Origin: Patescibacteria group bacterium
Lineage (GTDB): Bacteria > Patescibacteriota > Minisyncoccia > Phycocordibacterales > EsbW-18
Direction: 5' to 3'
DNA length: 64,000 bases
Assembly: GCA_038064475.1 (NCBI GenBank)
Contig: JBBTTA010000002.1
Location: 19,195-83,194 of the forward strand
Below the pieces are notes generated by a model that searched no databases, was not told where the DNA came from, and saw only the letters and a list, made by a program, of their open reading frames with translations. Of this stretch, positions 16,028 to 24,865 are shown in pieces; the first letter of the stretch is position 1; every line of letters begins with the position of its first letter. Made by a program: the position numbers and the translations under genes.

Positions 16028-17710
16028 CTAGAGCTCCTGCGGTTCTGGTGCGACAGGTGCCGCTGGTGTTCGTCGCTCACGAATAGTGCGAACAATTTCA
16101 CGAAGTTCAGTACTTTTGAGCATTTTCAAAACAAGAACACCGACAACAATGCCGATAATGCCGGCAATAAGACCTTGCGTGAACACACGTGCGACTGTTT
16201 CAAGACCAAGTGTTGGGCCAATCATGTACAACACCATGTACGCCGCAAAGCCGGCAAAAACCGATGCAGAGAAACTGTGCCACACTGTGTCATACAAACG
16301 TGATGGCAAATGCCCACCAAAATCTTTTCGAAAGAGAAACCAGAACGCGAGTGCGTTTACAATCATGCCGATAGAATATGCAAGTGGTAGCATGAGTATT
16401 GAAACACCGGCAACATCTTCAACACGGAACAATGACTCGATGAAATAACGGAATGTTTCTGATGCCGCAAATACATGTGTTAACGAGTAACCAAGAACAA
16501 CAATACCAATTGATGAAATCGTGTTGATCAACAATGGTCGAAATGTTTTGCCCGCGGCGTAGTATCCGCGCACGAACACCAACATAAGACTGTGCGCAAT
16601 CAAAGAAATAATGAAGAGGGCAAGTGCTGCAGCGGTCAAACGAGTGTCTGCCCAATCAAACGCGCCCGCACCGAGAAGTGTTCGAACAATGTGTGCACGC
16701 AAAACGATAATGAGCGCAATCGCAGGAAACGACCAAAACACAATGTGCCGCACTGCTGTAAGCATTTGATCAATAAATGCTTGCCGATCACCGTTTGAAA
16801 AAAGTCGTGCTAATGTCGGAAATGCCGCAATAGAATACGAAACACCAATGATAGAAAGCGGCGCAGTGTTAATGTTCGACGCAAAATTAAACACGGTGAT
16901 TGAACCTTCTTCCATTGTTGACGCGATACCAACAAGCACAAGCAATGCCAGTTGATTAAGTGCAAGTGTCACCGTGCGTGGAACTGAAACCAAAACAAGC
17001 GCTTTCAATTCGTGCCACGGCAAGTGAAAACGCAATGTTGGCATCAAACGCTCACGGATAACTGTTGGCATCTGAATGAGGGCGTGGAGAACTGATCCCG
17101 TGATAACTCCCCATACGAGGCCCTGCATGCCAAAACGTGGGTACAAAAAGACAACACCCATGATTATGCCAACGTTGTAGAGGATTGGTGAAAGTGCATA
17201 CACAAAGAAGCGCTGCGCAAGTTGGGTAACACTCGCAAAAATATTTGAAATGCCTAGGATAATCGGCGAGAGAAGCAGAATGCGCGTGAGCATAACAAGC
17301 ATCTCATGTTGTTCTCCAACAAATCCGGGATAGAGTGTTGTCGAAAGTTCAGGAACAAAAAACCACACGATTGCCGTCACGACACACATGAAGCCAACAA
17401 ACGCGGTCGATACACTTGAGAGGAAGGCTCGCGCATTCTCGCGCGTGCCGTCAGCCATCTTTTCAGAGAGAAAGGGAATGAGCACGAACAATGACACAAG
17501 CGAAGCAATTGCCGCGAAGAGAAAGTCTGGTATACGAAATGCCGCGTAGTAGATATCGAGCGTTTCCCCTGCGCCGAACATCCCTGCCAACATGCGGTCG
17601 CGCACAAGGCCGAGCAATTGTGACAAAAAAGAAAAGCCCGCAATGATATAGGCCGCCTCGTGAAGTCCTTCAACTTTTGAGGACAATAATGAAATAAACC
17701 TCTTTACCAT
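16028..17710 (-). CDS. murJ: Lipid II flippase MurJ/MviN
   Basis: Multi-pass membrane protein (~14 TM). The N-terminal region AAFRIPDFLFAAIASLVSLFVLIPFL matches the MurJ signature. Confidence 0.8.
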   Translation of the reverse strand: MVKRFISLLSSKVEGLHEAAYIIAGFSFLSQLLGLVRDRMLAGMFGAGETLDIYYAAFRIPDFLFAAIASLVSLFVLIPFLSEKMADGTRENARAFLSSVSTAFVGFMCVVTAIVWFFVPELSTTLYPGFVGEQHEMLVMLTRILLLSPIILGISNIFASVTQLAQRFFVYALSPILYNVGIIMGVVFLYPRFGMQGLVWGVITGSVLHALIQMPTVIRERLMPTLRFHLPWHELKALVLVSVPRTVTLALNQLALLVLVGIASTMEEGSITVFNFASNINTAPLSIIGVSYSIAAFPTLARLFSNGDRQAFIDQMLTAVRHIVFWSFPAIALIIVLRAHIVRTLLGAGAFDWADTRLTAAALALFIISLIAHSLMLVFVRGYYAAGKTFRPLLINTISSIGIVVLGYSLTHVFAASETFRYFIESLFRVEDVAGVSILMLPLAYSIGMIVNALAFWFLFRKDFGGHLPSRLYDTVWHSFSASVFAGFAAYMVLYMIGPTLGLETVARVFTQGLIAGIIGIVVGVLVLKMLKSTELREIVRTIRERRTPAAPVAPEPQEL

Positions 17711-17802
17711 ACCGTGATGTCTTCTATTGTAGCAAAAAACACAAAACTCCGCGGTAGCGGAGTTTCATGATAGGTCTTGTATCGATAAGCCGAATTCTGT
17801 AT

Positions 17803-17835
17803 CCAGCTCCAGTTTTTTCAAACTGGGGCTGGACG
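17803..17835. repeat. Hairpin module CCAGCTCCAGTTT-tttca-AAACTGGGGCTGG, copy 1 (P18 position of rnpB)
   Basis: 13-bp stem with one G-U on the plus strand (C-A on the minus-strand RNA). Four copies in the window. Confidence 0.6.
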
Positions 17836-18066
17836 ACAGGCATCTATCTGGGATGAAAATTACTTTTCACCTCAAGCGGCACTTCTAACGTAAATCAAAG
17901 ACTAACGTTAGACTCGGCCTTGCACGTAGATAAGGATTTTGCCGTTTCACCTCTCATGTCACCATGGGAGTTCACCTCACCGAAGCGAGGGCCAAACTTC
18001 TTTCGTTGTTTGGCGTCACTGTTCGCACCTCTATGCTTGCGCACGACGGGTGTTACCCGCTACCGT

Positions 18067-18102
18067 CCTCCAGCTCCAGTTTTTTCAAACTGGGGCTGGA
18101 CG
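18067..18102. repeat. Hairpin module copy 2 (between P4 and P7 of rnpB)
   Basis: Stem identical to copy 1 and extended by GTC/GAC. Confidence 0.6.
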
Positions 18103-18119
18103 TGTTCGGACTTTCCTCA

Positions 18120-18148
18120 CCCAGCTCCAGTTAAAAACTGGGGCTGGG
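18120..18148. repeat. Hairpin module copy 3 (P3 position of rnpB)
   Basis: CCCAGCTCCAGTT-aaaa-AACTGGGGCTGGG. Confidence 0.6.
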
Positions 18149-18195
18149 CGCGCCTGTCTAATACAAGGTGAATATACTATACCCTATTTTTCGAC

Positions 18196-18300
18196 TTTTT
18201 GCAACCCTCTTTTTCTTGTATTCGTATTTAACGACCTAACGAATTTTCTTTTGTATTGAACGCTGGAACGAGGTTTCCTTTGCATTTAACGGCCCAACGA
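18196..18300 (-). promoter_or_regulatory. Three direct repeats TGYATTnAACGnnnnAACGA upstream of the rnpB promoter
   Basis: tgtattcgtatttAACGACCTAACGA / tgtattgAACGCTGGAACGA / tgcatttAACGGCCCAACGA, spaced ~25-30 bp apart. Read directly. Confidence 0.3.
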
Positions 18301-18301
18301 G

Positions 18302-18391
18302 TTTATAGATTTGGAATGACTTGCGAGTGCGACGGCACGAGCACGAGGAAAAATCCAGTAGGATTTTATCCGTGCATTCCAAATCTATAAA
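18302..18391 (-). ncRNA. Unclassified structured element, copy 2 (immediately 3' of the nrdB stop)
   Basis: Outer stem TTTATAGATTTGGAATG/CATTCCAAATCTATAAA (17 bp, perfect). Core ACTTGCGAGTGCGACGGCACGAGCACGAGGAAAAAT. Inner palindrome AAAATCC-agta-GGATTTT. ATTTTATCCGTGC. There are compensatory changes relative to copy 1. Confidence 0.4.
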
Positions 18392-18400
18392 GGAGTGCTT

Positions 18401-19408
18401 TTACCATTCAAGTTGGCCCCCTGTCTTGTATTCACTCACACGTGTTTCAAAAAAGTTCTTTTCCTTGCGTGTATCCATGATTTCAGACATCCAAGGGAAT
18501 GGGTTTTTCTTTCCGTAGACGGGTGCTAGGCCAATACGTTCCAATCGGCGATCTGCAATGTATTCGAGATATTCTTCGATGCTTCCTGGTGTAAGTCCCA
18601 TAATTCCCTTTGGCAATGCTTCGTGTGCGTATTTTTGTTCGAGTATGACTGCCTCTTTTATTTTCTCTGTCAAAAGCCCCTTAAACTCTGGCGTCCAGAT
18701 TTCTGGATTTTCCTGAACAATAGTGTTGATGAGGTCTGAACCGAATGCGAGGTGCACTGTTTCATCACGCAAGATAAATTGGAACTGCTCCCCTACTCCC
18801 ACCATTTTGTTTTGACGCAACAAAGACAACATCATTGCAAAACCGGCGTAGAAGAAAATGCCTTCCATGATGACGTAGTAGCCAACAAGATCGTGCACGA
18901 ACTGTTGAATATTTGCGACGCCTTCTGTTTTAAAATCAGGATCAAAGACTGACTTCGTAAAGTTGATAACAAAGTCATCCTTCTCTTTGATTGATGGGAT
19001 CGTGAGATACATGTTGTAAATCTCATCAGGATCAAGTCCCAACGTGTCACACGCATAGATGAACGTATCGGTGTGCACTGCTTCTTCATATGCCTGACGC
19101 AAAAGATACTGTCGACATTCAGGGTTCGTGATGTGTCGATAAATCGCCAACACAATGTTGTTTGCGGTCAACGACTCTGCGGTCGAGAAGAATCCAAGGT
19201 TGTAGAGAATCATGTGACGCTCATCATCTGTCAGCGCACCTTGTCCCTGTTTCTTCCACAACTCCACATCAAGCTGCATCGAGACCTCTTCAGGCACCCA
19301 GTTGTTCGCGACACCGTTTTTGTAATGTTGACGTGCCCACGGATACTTCAACGGCAATATTTTATTTGGATCAACGTTTGATGCGTTGAGAATTTGTTTT
19401 TGACTCAT
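18401..19408 (-). CDS. nrdB: Class I ribonucleotide reductase beta subunit (NrdB)
   Basis: Di-iron carboxylate motifs EAVHTDTF, FYAGF and RDETVHL. Confidence 0.85.
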   Translation of the reverse strand: MSQKQILNASNVDPNKILPLKYPWARQHYKNGVANNWVPEEVSMQLDVELWKKQGQGALTDDERHMILYNLGFFSTAESLTANNIVLAIYRHITNPECRQYLLRQAYEEAVHTDTFIYACDTLGLDPDEIYNMYLTIPSIKEKDDFVINFTKSVFDPDFKTEGVANIQQFVHDLVGYYVIMEGIFFYAGFAMMLSLLRQNKMVGVGEQFQFILRDETVHLAFGSDLINTIVQENPEIWTPEFKGLLTEKIKEAVILEQKYAHEALPKGIMGLTPGSIEEYLEYIADRRLERIGLAPVYGKKNPFPWMSEIMDTRKEKNFFETRVSEYKTGGQLEW

Positions 19409-19497
19409 AGTATTTTTGTTTTCCCTGCTCTGTGTTATCTGTTATCTGCTTTCTTATTATTCCTGTTACATGTTACACGCTACATGTTACATGATTT

Positions 19498-22427
19498 CTA
19501 CTGGCACGACTCACAATTCGGATCATCAACTTTACAAAGCTTCAATTCCGCTGTTTTGTGAACGACTGACACTGAAGCAGGTTGCGGTTGTATTGCTACT
19601 ACGGGCGTTGCAACTCCTCCCACAACCACAGGCACTGCGGCATATGGTTTTTCTTGTGCAACGAGTTCTTGTTTGATTTCAGCCACCGTCACCTCTGCAA
19701 GCACCTCCGCGTCACGCTTATCAAGATTTTGCTGCTTATCAAGCGACACGGTACTTTGTTCAATACCTGTCGCACCCATTGAGCGAAGATAATATGTCGT
19801 CTTCAACCCTGCCTGCCATGCGTACGTATAAATATTTGCGAGTTCGGCTCCTGATGTTCCTGAATAAAAGACGTTCAACGACTGGCTTTGGTCAATCCAC
19901 TTCCCACGCGCTGCTGCTGCTTTGATGAGCCACTGCTGATCAATCATGAACACTTCTTTGTACCGGTCCTTAATCCACTGTGGAATAACTGAAATGTGTG
20001 AGAGATCCCCTTCATGCCCCTTTATCACTTCAAGAAGTTCGTGATTCCACAATCCTTCTTTCTTCAAGTCTTCAATAAGGTAGTCGTTCACCACAATGAA
20101 GGTGCCGCTGATGTTTGCCTTCACGTAAATGTTTTTGTACACAGGCTCAATTGTTGGGAAACAGCCCGCGATGTTTGAAATCGTTGCCGTTGGTGCCATT
20201 GCCATAACATTTGAGTTACGCATACCGTATTTGCGAACGTTGTCGCGCACCATGCTCCAATCCATGCTTGCGGTGCGATCAACGAGAATTGCTTCACCGC
20301 GATCTTTCTCAAGCAAATCAAGCGTATCCACTGGGAAAATGTTTCTCTCCCACTTCGAACCCTTGTAGGTCTGGTACGTGCCGCGCTCTTTCGCCAAGTT
20401 TGATGATGCCAAAATCGCATAGTACGAAATCACTTCCATACTTCGGTCAGCAAATCGTACCGCTTCTTCTGAATCAAAGTTGTAACCGAGTTTATAGAGC
20501 GCATCTTGGAATCCCATCAATCCGAGTCCAATTGGGCGGTGACGGAGGTTAGAGTTACGTGTCTCCACAATTGGGTAGTAGTTGAGGTCAATGACGTTAT
20601 CAAGCATGCGAACGGCAGCCACAACTGTCTCGCGGAGGCGTTCTTCAGCAAGGACACCGTCCACAATGTGCTCGCCCAAGTTAATAGACCCCAAGTTACA
20701 CACCGCAACTTCTTTGTCTGGTTCGTTGTTGAGCGTAATTTCTGTGCAAAGGTTTGAGTTGTGAATCACACCAACGTGGTCTTGTGGGCTACGAATGTTT
20801 GACGCATCTTTGTACGTAATCCATGGATGTCCTGTTTCAAAGAGTTGTGTGAGAATTTTTTTCCACAAATCGCGCGCTTGAATGCGTTTGAACAATTTTA
20901 TTTTTCCTTCGTCTGCCTTGCTTTCATACGCAATGTAGCGACGTTCAAATTCTGAACCATATGTTTCAGGAAGATCTGGTGTTTCGTCTGGAGAAAAGAG
21001 TGTCCACTGTCCGTTCTCGCGAATACGCTTCATAAACAAGTCAGGCATCCAGAGCGCAGTGTTCAAATCGTGTGTGCGACGACGTTCATCGCCTGTGTTT
21101 TTGCGGAGTTCAATAAATTCTTCGACATCGTAGTGCCATGGTTCAAGATACACACAACATGCGCCACGTCGTCGTCCACTGCGATTGATTGCAACAACAG
21201 TTGAGTCGAGAACTTTCAAAAATGGAATTGGTCCATTTGATGACGCGCCTCCCGCTGACTTTACGTTTGCTCCTGTTGCGCGAAGTTTTGTCCATGAGTA
21301 TGCAACACCACCTGAGTGTCGTGCCATGTGCGCATAATCTTCAAATGTTTTAAAGATACTGTGCAGATCGTCGCCGACAACACCGAGGAAACATGATGAC
21401 AACTGTGAGTATGTTGTCCCTGCATTTAAGAGTGTTGGTGTTGATGGCACGTAGCGAAGCTCTGACATGAGATTATAGAAACCAATAGCGCGCTCTTCTT
21501 TATTGTCTTCAGCCAATGCCAAACCCATCGCAATACGCATCCACATATATTGTGGCGTCTCAATAAAGCGGTGTGTGGCTGTGGCTTTATCCCTTAGGAA
21601 ATAACGGTCAAAGAGCGTTTGTGTGCCGAGGTAGCGAAGCAAGTCGTCTCGTTCAGGTTCAATCGCCGCAGACATTTTTTCCAAATCAAATGTCAGCATG
21701 CGCCCATCAAGCATTGTGTGTTCAACACCATACGCAATCATTTCTTTAAATGCTTCTTTGTATCGTGTGTTGAGTGCGCCTCTGTCTGCAGGAACTGCAC
21801 CAAATGCATCCGCGTACACAATTCCTTCGAGCAACAAACGTGATGCAACGAGTGAGTATGCAGGATCTTGTTCAACAAATGATCGCGCAACAAGTACCAG
21901 TGTGTGCACGACATCACGCGACGTCATGCCATCAAATAATTCTTTCTGTGATTGTTCAACAAGTGCATCAACAGCAACTGTGCCTTCGTATCCGCGCGCA
22001 GCGCGCGTAAACAATGCGTGAATTCTTTCTGGAGGAAATAATTCTGCACTTCCGTCATCCTTTGTGACAACAAATTCTCTGTTCTGAATTTTTTCTTGAA
22101 CAACTTTCTGTTCTTCTGCTCGAACTTTCTGATGTTCGTAACGATACACGATGTACGCCTTCGCAACATCAAAAAATCCTTGCTGCATGATGGAGAGTTC
22201 AACGATATCCTGCACTTCTTCAACTGATGGAACGTAGTTTTCACCCATTGCCTCGCCTCTCTGAGTGAGTCGTACGACGACAGTCTTCGCAACAAGCTCT
22301 GCTTCCTTCTGATGTGGATCATTCATCACCGCGTAGAATGCTTTTTCAACTGCGCGGTTTATTTTTGCAACTTCAAAGAGCACAACTTGTCCTGTTCGCT
22401 TTCGAATATTGAGCACGTTCGACATAA
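19498..22427 (-). CDS. nrdA: Class I ribonucleotide reductase alpha subunit (NrdA) with ATP-cone
   Basis: ATP-cone KRTGQVVLFEVAKINRAVEKAF. Catalytic SNLCTEITL. The ORF-track start at 22608 is probably over-extended; MSNVLNIRKRTG is the likely start. The C-terminal extension is Cys-rich. Confidence 0.85.
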
Positions 22428-22611
22428 ATACAACGAGGCTAGGTGAATAATGTGTGGGCTTAAAAAAGTGAGGAAACAACAAGCTGTTTTTCACTTCTAC
22501 TACACCTATTCTACCGTCCGCAGCCCTTTTTGTTACGAGTGGATAAGTCAAAAAGCGCCCCCAGAGGACAAAAATTGCAGGACGTAAAGAGTATTTTTTG
22601 TGTCGCAAAAA

Positions 22612-22643
22612 AAATCGCCCCGAAAGTGTTATTTGGGGCGATT
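22612..22643 (-). terminator. Terminator hairpin AAATCGCCCC-N13-GGGGCGATTT
   Basis: Perfect 10-bp stem flanked by T/A tracts, downstream of the DUF192 gene. Confidence 0.5.
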
Positions 22644-22651
22644 TTCTGTTT

Positions 22652-23119
22652 TTAAAAAGTTGCCTTCGTACCGAGTTTTAGGCCGAACACAGAAATTGTC
22701 CATGCGGGCACTTCGAGCACGTATTGTACTGGTCGAGTGGGTGTGAAAACTGTTGGGAATGACTCTGGTGAGAGGTTCTCTTCAAGCCAGACGACATGTT
22801 TAGTGTCATCAAAGCCAATAATGTCTATTGGAAAGAGCATGTCTTTCATCCGAAAGCCGTAAAAATTGCTCTGCTCAAAAATAAAGAGCATACCTGTGCC
22901 GTCTGAGAGTGCTCGGCGGCCGCTTAAGCCCTGAATACGGAGCGGGTCAGTATCAGCAACGTCAGCGACGACCGTCAGTGCCCCAACAGTAAGCGTTGTT
23001 GTCTCATACGTGAGGTCTTTTTTGCTTAAATTGTCCTTCACAAGCTGCCATGCACCATACATAAAGACAAGAATAATAACGAGGGCGAGACACACAATGC
23101 CAATAAAGAATTTTTTCAT
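22652..23119 (-). CDS. DUF192/COG1430-family protein with N-terminal TM anchor
   Basis: Pattern DGTGMLFIFE...FRMKDMLFPIDIIGFD is typical of DUF192. Low-moderate certainty. Confidence 0.5.
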   Translation of the reverse strand: MKKFFIGIVCLALVIILVFMYGAWQLVKDNLSKKDLTYETTTLTVGALTVVADVADTDPLRIQGLSGRRALSDGTGMLFIFEQSNFYGFRMKDMLFPIDIIGFDDTKHVVWLEENLSPESFPTVFTPTRPVQYVLEVPAWTISVFGLKLGTKATF

Positions 23120-23120
23120 G

Positions 23121-23191
23121 CGGGCCCACCAGGATTCGAACCTGGAACGCTTCTTTTGGAGAGAAGAATCTTACCATTAGACGATAGGCCC
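23121..23191 (-). tRNA. tRNA-Trp (CCA)
   Basis: Reverse complement: GGGCCTA-TC-GTCT-AATGGTA-AGAT-T-CTTCT-CTCCAAA-AGAAG-CGTT-CCAGG-TTCGAAT-CCTGG-TGGGCCC-G. Confidence 0.8.
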
Positions 23192-23246
23192 CCGTTGACG
23201 ATATTAGCATTTTTAGGCATTAAAAAACAGCCCGTGTGGGCTGTTT

Positions 23247-23414
23247 TTATTTCTTGATTTGCTTGTAAGGGACGTGCTGACGAAGCGTCGGGTCAAATTT
23301 TTTGAGCTCCAACTTTTCTTTGTTTTGGGCACCCTTACTCTTCTTGCCGCGGCGGCTGTAGTAGATGTGGTCCGACTTCGTCGATTTAAGCTTTATGAGT
23401 GCGTCTTGTGACAT
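23247..23414 (-). CDS. rpmG: 50S ribosomal protein L33
   Basis: MSQDALIKLKSTKSDHIYYSRRGKKSKGAQNKEKLELKKFDPTLRQHVPYKQIKK. The ...Y.T.KN......KLELKK(F/Y)DP..R.HV.YKE pattern is L33. The ORF-track N-terminal extension was discarded. Confidence 0.85.
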   Translation of the reverse strand: MSQDALIKLKSTKSDHIYYSRRGKKSKGAQNKEKLELKKFDPTLRQHVPYKQIKK

Positions 23415-23452
23415 GAGGGATATTCTAGCAGAAATTTTGGGAATGTAAATAA

Positions 23453-23482
23453 CAATCCACCCCAACAAAAGTTGGGGTGGAT
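23453..23482. terminator. Hairpin AATCCACCCCAAC-aaaa-GTTGGGGTGGATT
   Basis: Perfect 13-bp stem between the island's last gene and rpmG. Confidence 0.45.
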
Positions 23483-23687
23483 TTGTAGCTGTGCACTTAG
23501 TCTACCCCAGTTGGAACACCATAGAAAGTACGATTTTACGTTGGAAGGACGTATTCGAGACATATCCTCCGACATATTCAGCAGCCTATTTACCAAGTTC
23601 CACTCCAGCGTAAACGTTGAAAATGCTTACTTTTTTGTTTTGGATCGTCGAAGAGTTACTACACAGATTAGGAGTAGAACATAGCTC

Positions 23688-24479
23688 TCATTCAGTAGTG
23701 GACTGGCGACCAAGCTCCTCCTGTATGACCTTATTTACCGCCTCCATCACTTTTGGATCAGCTTTACCTGCTTTGGCCTGCTCGTAGCGTTCTAAGGCGG
23801 CTGTGCAATGGTTATCGATCCAGAACTGGCGTCTGGCTTGAGCCCAGTCGGTCATATCTGCATCAGGGTGATGGTCAAAGAAGTCATTCGTCCATTTGTC
23901 GGTTGAAGCAAGGTATGCTGCCGAACCAGCATCATCTTGGCCGTAGGCGTCCGGACACACAGCACGGTGGTCAATAGGAATAATGCCAACAGATACCGAG
24001 AAAAGAACAGTGTATATGGCGATAAAGATCCACGGGACCAAAAGTTCTATGTGTGTGAAAGCCCAATACTTGCTTGTATCTTTACCTCGTCCAAGCACCT
24101 CCCATTCCGTATCGTACAGAGCCATAGGTAGGCGTGACTCGATGGCGTGCAATACTCTGTATTTTGCATCGTTGAGATTTTTATGAGATTGAATGATTCG
24201 ATACCACAGATAGCACATTGTGGCACCTGCAATAGGTGCGACGGTAAGAAGCCAAGAGATTGTAACCGGACTCGCTTTAGTGGCGACAAAGCCAAGGAGT
24301 GCTACCAACGCTGTGTTTAATGCGAGAAAGAAATCATTGGATTTCTGTCTTCGGTCGCTGATACGCTCCGCAGAAGCAATATATACTTTGTACTGCTCTA
24401 GAAGATGCTCGACGTATTTGTCGCCATAGTCGGCACTCGTCGACACAAACAGCATTTTATTTATATCTTCTGGTTTCAT
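23688..24479 (-). CDS. Multi-TM protein (263 aa): N-terminal helical region, 2-3 TM helices, ~100-aa C-terminal soluble domain; possible SLATT-like membrane effector
   Basis: Hydrophobic segments FFLALNTALVALLGFV, ISWLLTVAPIAGATMCYLWY, LLVPWIFIAIYTVLFSVSVGII. Last gene of the operon, 3 nt after the TIR-like gene. The SLATT assignment is inference only. Confidence 0.4.
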   Translation of the reverse strand: MKPEDINKMLFVSTSADYGDKYVEHLLEQYKVYIASAERISDRRQKSNDFFLALNTALVALLGFVATKASPVTISWLLTVAPIAGATMCYLWYRIIQSHKNLNDAKYRVLHAIESRLPMALYDTEWEVLGRGKDTSKYWAFTHIELLVPWIFIAIYTVLFSVSVGIIPIDHRAVCPDAYGQDDAGSAAYLASTDKWTNDFFDHHPDADMTDWAQARRQFWIDNHCTAALERYEQAKAGKADPKVMEAVNKVIQEELGRQSTTE

Positions 24480-24482
24480 GAC

Positions 24483-24857
24483 CTAAAGGGCATTAATGAA
24501 CTTGGTGACGTTATCCCATGTCCAGTGTAAGATTCTTTTGCCGCTTAACTCTGATGGCAGACGATTCGCACCAGTGTCGTGGATATACATGGGCAAAACT
24601 GGCACGCCTTCTTCATACGCACACTGTATTTCCCACCTTGCGCCATCTGCATTGAATGTGTTGTTGCTCACGAAAGCAATCACTCCATCACAACCTTTAA
24701 TTCGTTCTCTGCAGTTTGTTTTCCATGATGAATCCCACGGGGTCTTCACTGACATATCAACGAAAGTAAAAGGTGCGCTCTGCCTCTGTGATTGATGAAC
24801 GAGGTTATCTCTAGCGAAACGATCTTCTATGGCGAAACTCACAAATATTCTTTTCAT
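24483..24857 (-). CDS. TIR-like domain protein (DUF1863/ThsB-like, 124 aa)
   Basis: KRIFVSFAIEDRF...CDGVIAFVSNNTFNADGARWEIQCAYEEGVPVLPMYI matches the FxSy..D / ..vI.lvS..t..S.W...Ei..A.e.gkPiipv pattern of bacterial TIR-like domains. Confidence 0.55.
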   Translation of the reverse strand: MKRIFVSFAIEDRFARDNLVHQSQRQSAPFTFVDMSVKTPWDSSWKTNCRERIKGCDGVIAFVSNNTFNADGARWEIQCAYEEGVPVLPMYIHDTGANRLPSELSGKRILHWTWDNVTKFINAL

Positions 24858-24865
24858 ATATGGTT

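Larger units (their letters stand above)
17772..18170 (-). ncRNA. rnpB: RNase P RNA (bacterial type)
   Basis: The minus-strand transcript carries P4 5' strand GAGGAAAGUCCG, GGGUAAC, AGGUGAAACGG, GUGAACUCCC, GUGCAAGGCCGAG, and CR-V ACAGAAUUCGGCUUAUCG (E. coli: ACAGAACCCGGCUUAUCGG). P1 pairing is CUUGUAU/AUACAAG. An intrinsic terminator follows (CTCCGCTACCGCGGAG + UUUU). Promoter TTGCAA-N17-TATAGT lies at 18186-18214. Confidence 0.75.

Noticed and set aside
17803-18148. CRISPR array suggested by the repeated CCAGCTCCAG hairpins
   Set aside because: Spacing is irregular (265 and 18 bp), the copies are palindromic hairpins embedded in rnpB, and no cas genes are present. Not a CRISPR array.
23483-23690. 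Direct repeat of the tRNA-Tyr 3' end at the left edge of the island (attL)
   Set aside because: No copy of TGGTGCGCCGGGGAGGATTCGAACC was found. Serine recombinases leave only a 2-bp crossover, so the left boundary stays approximate.
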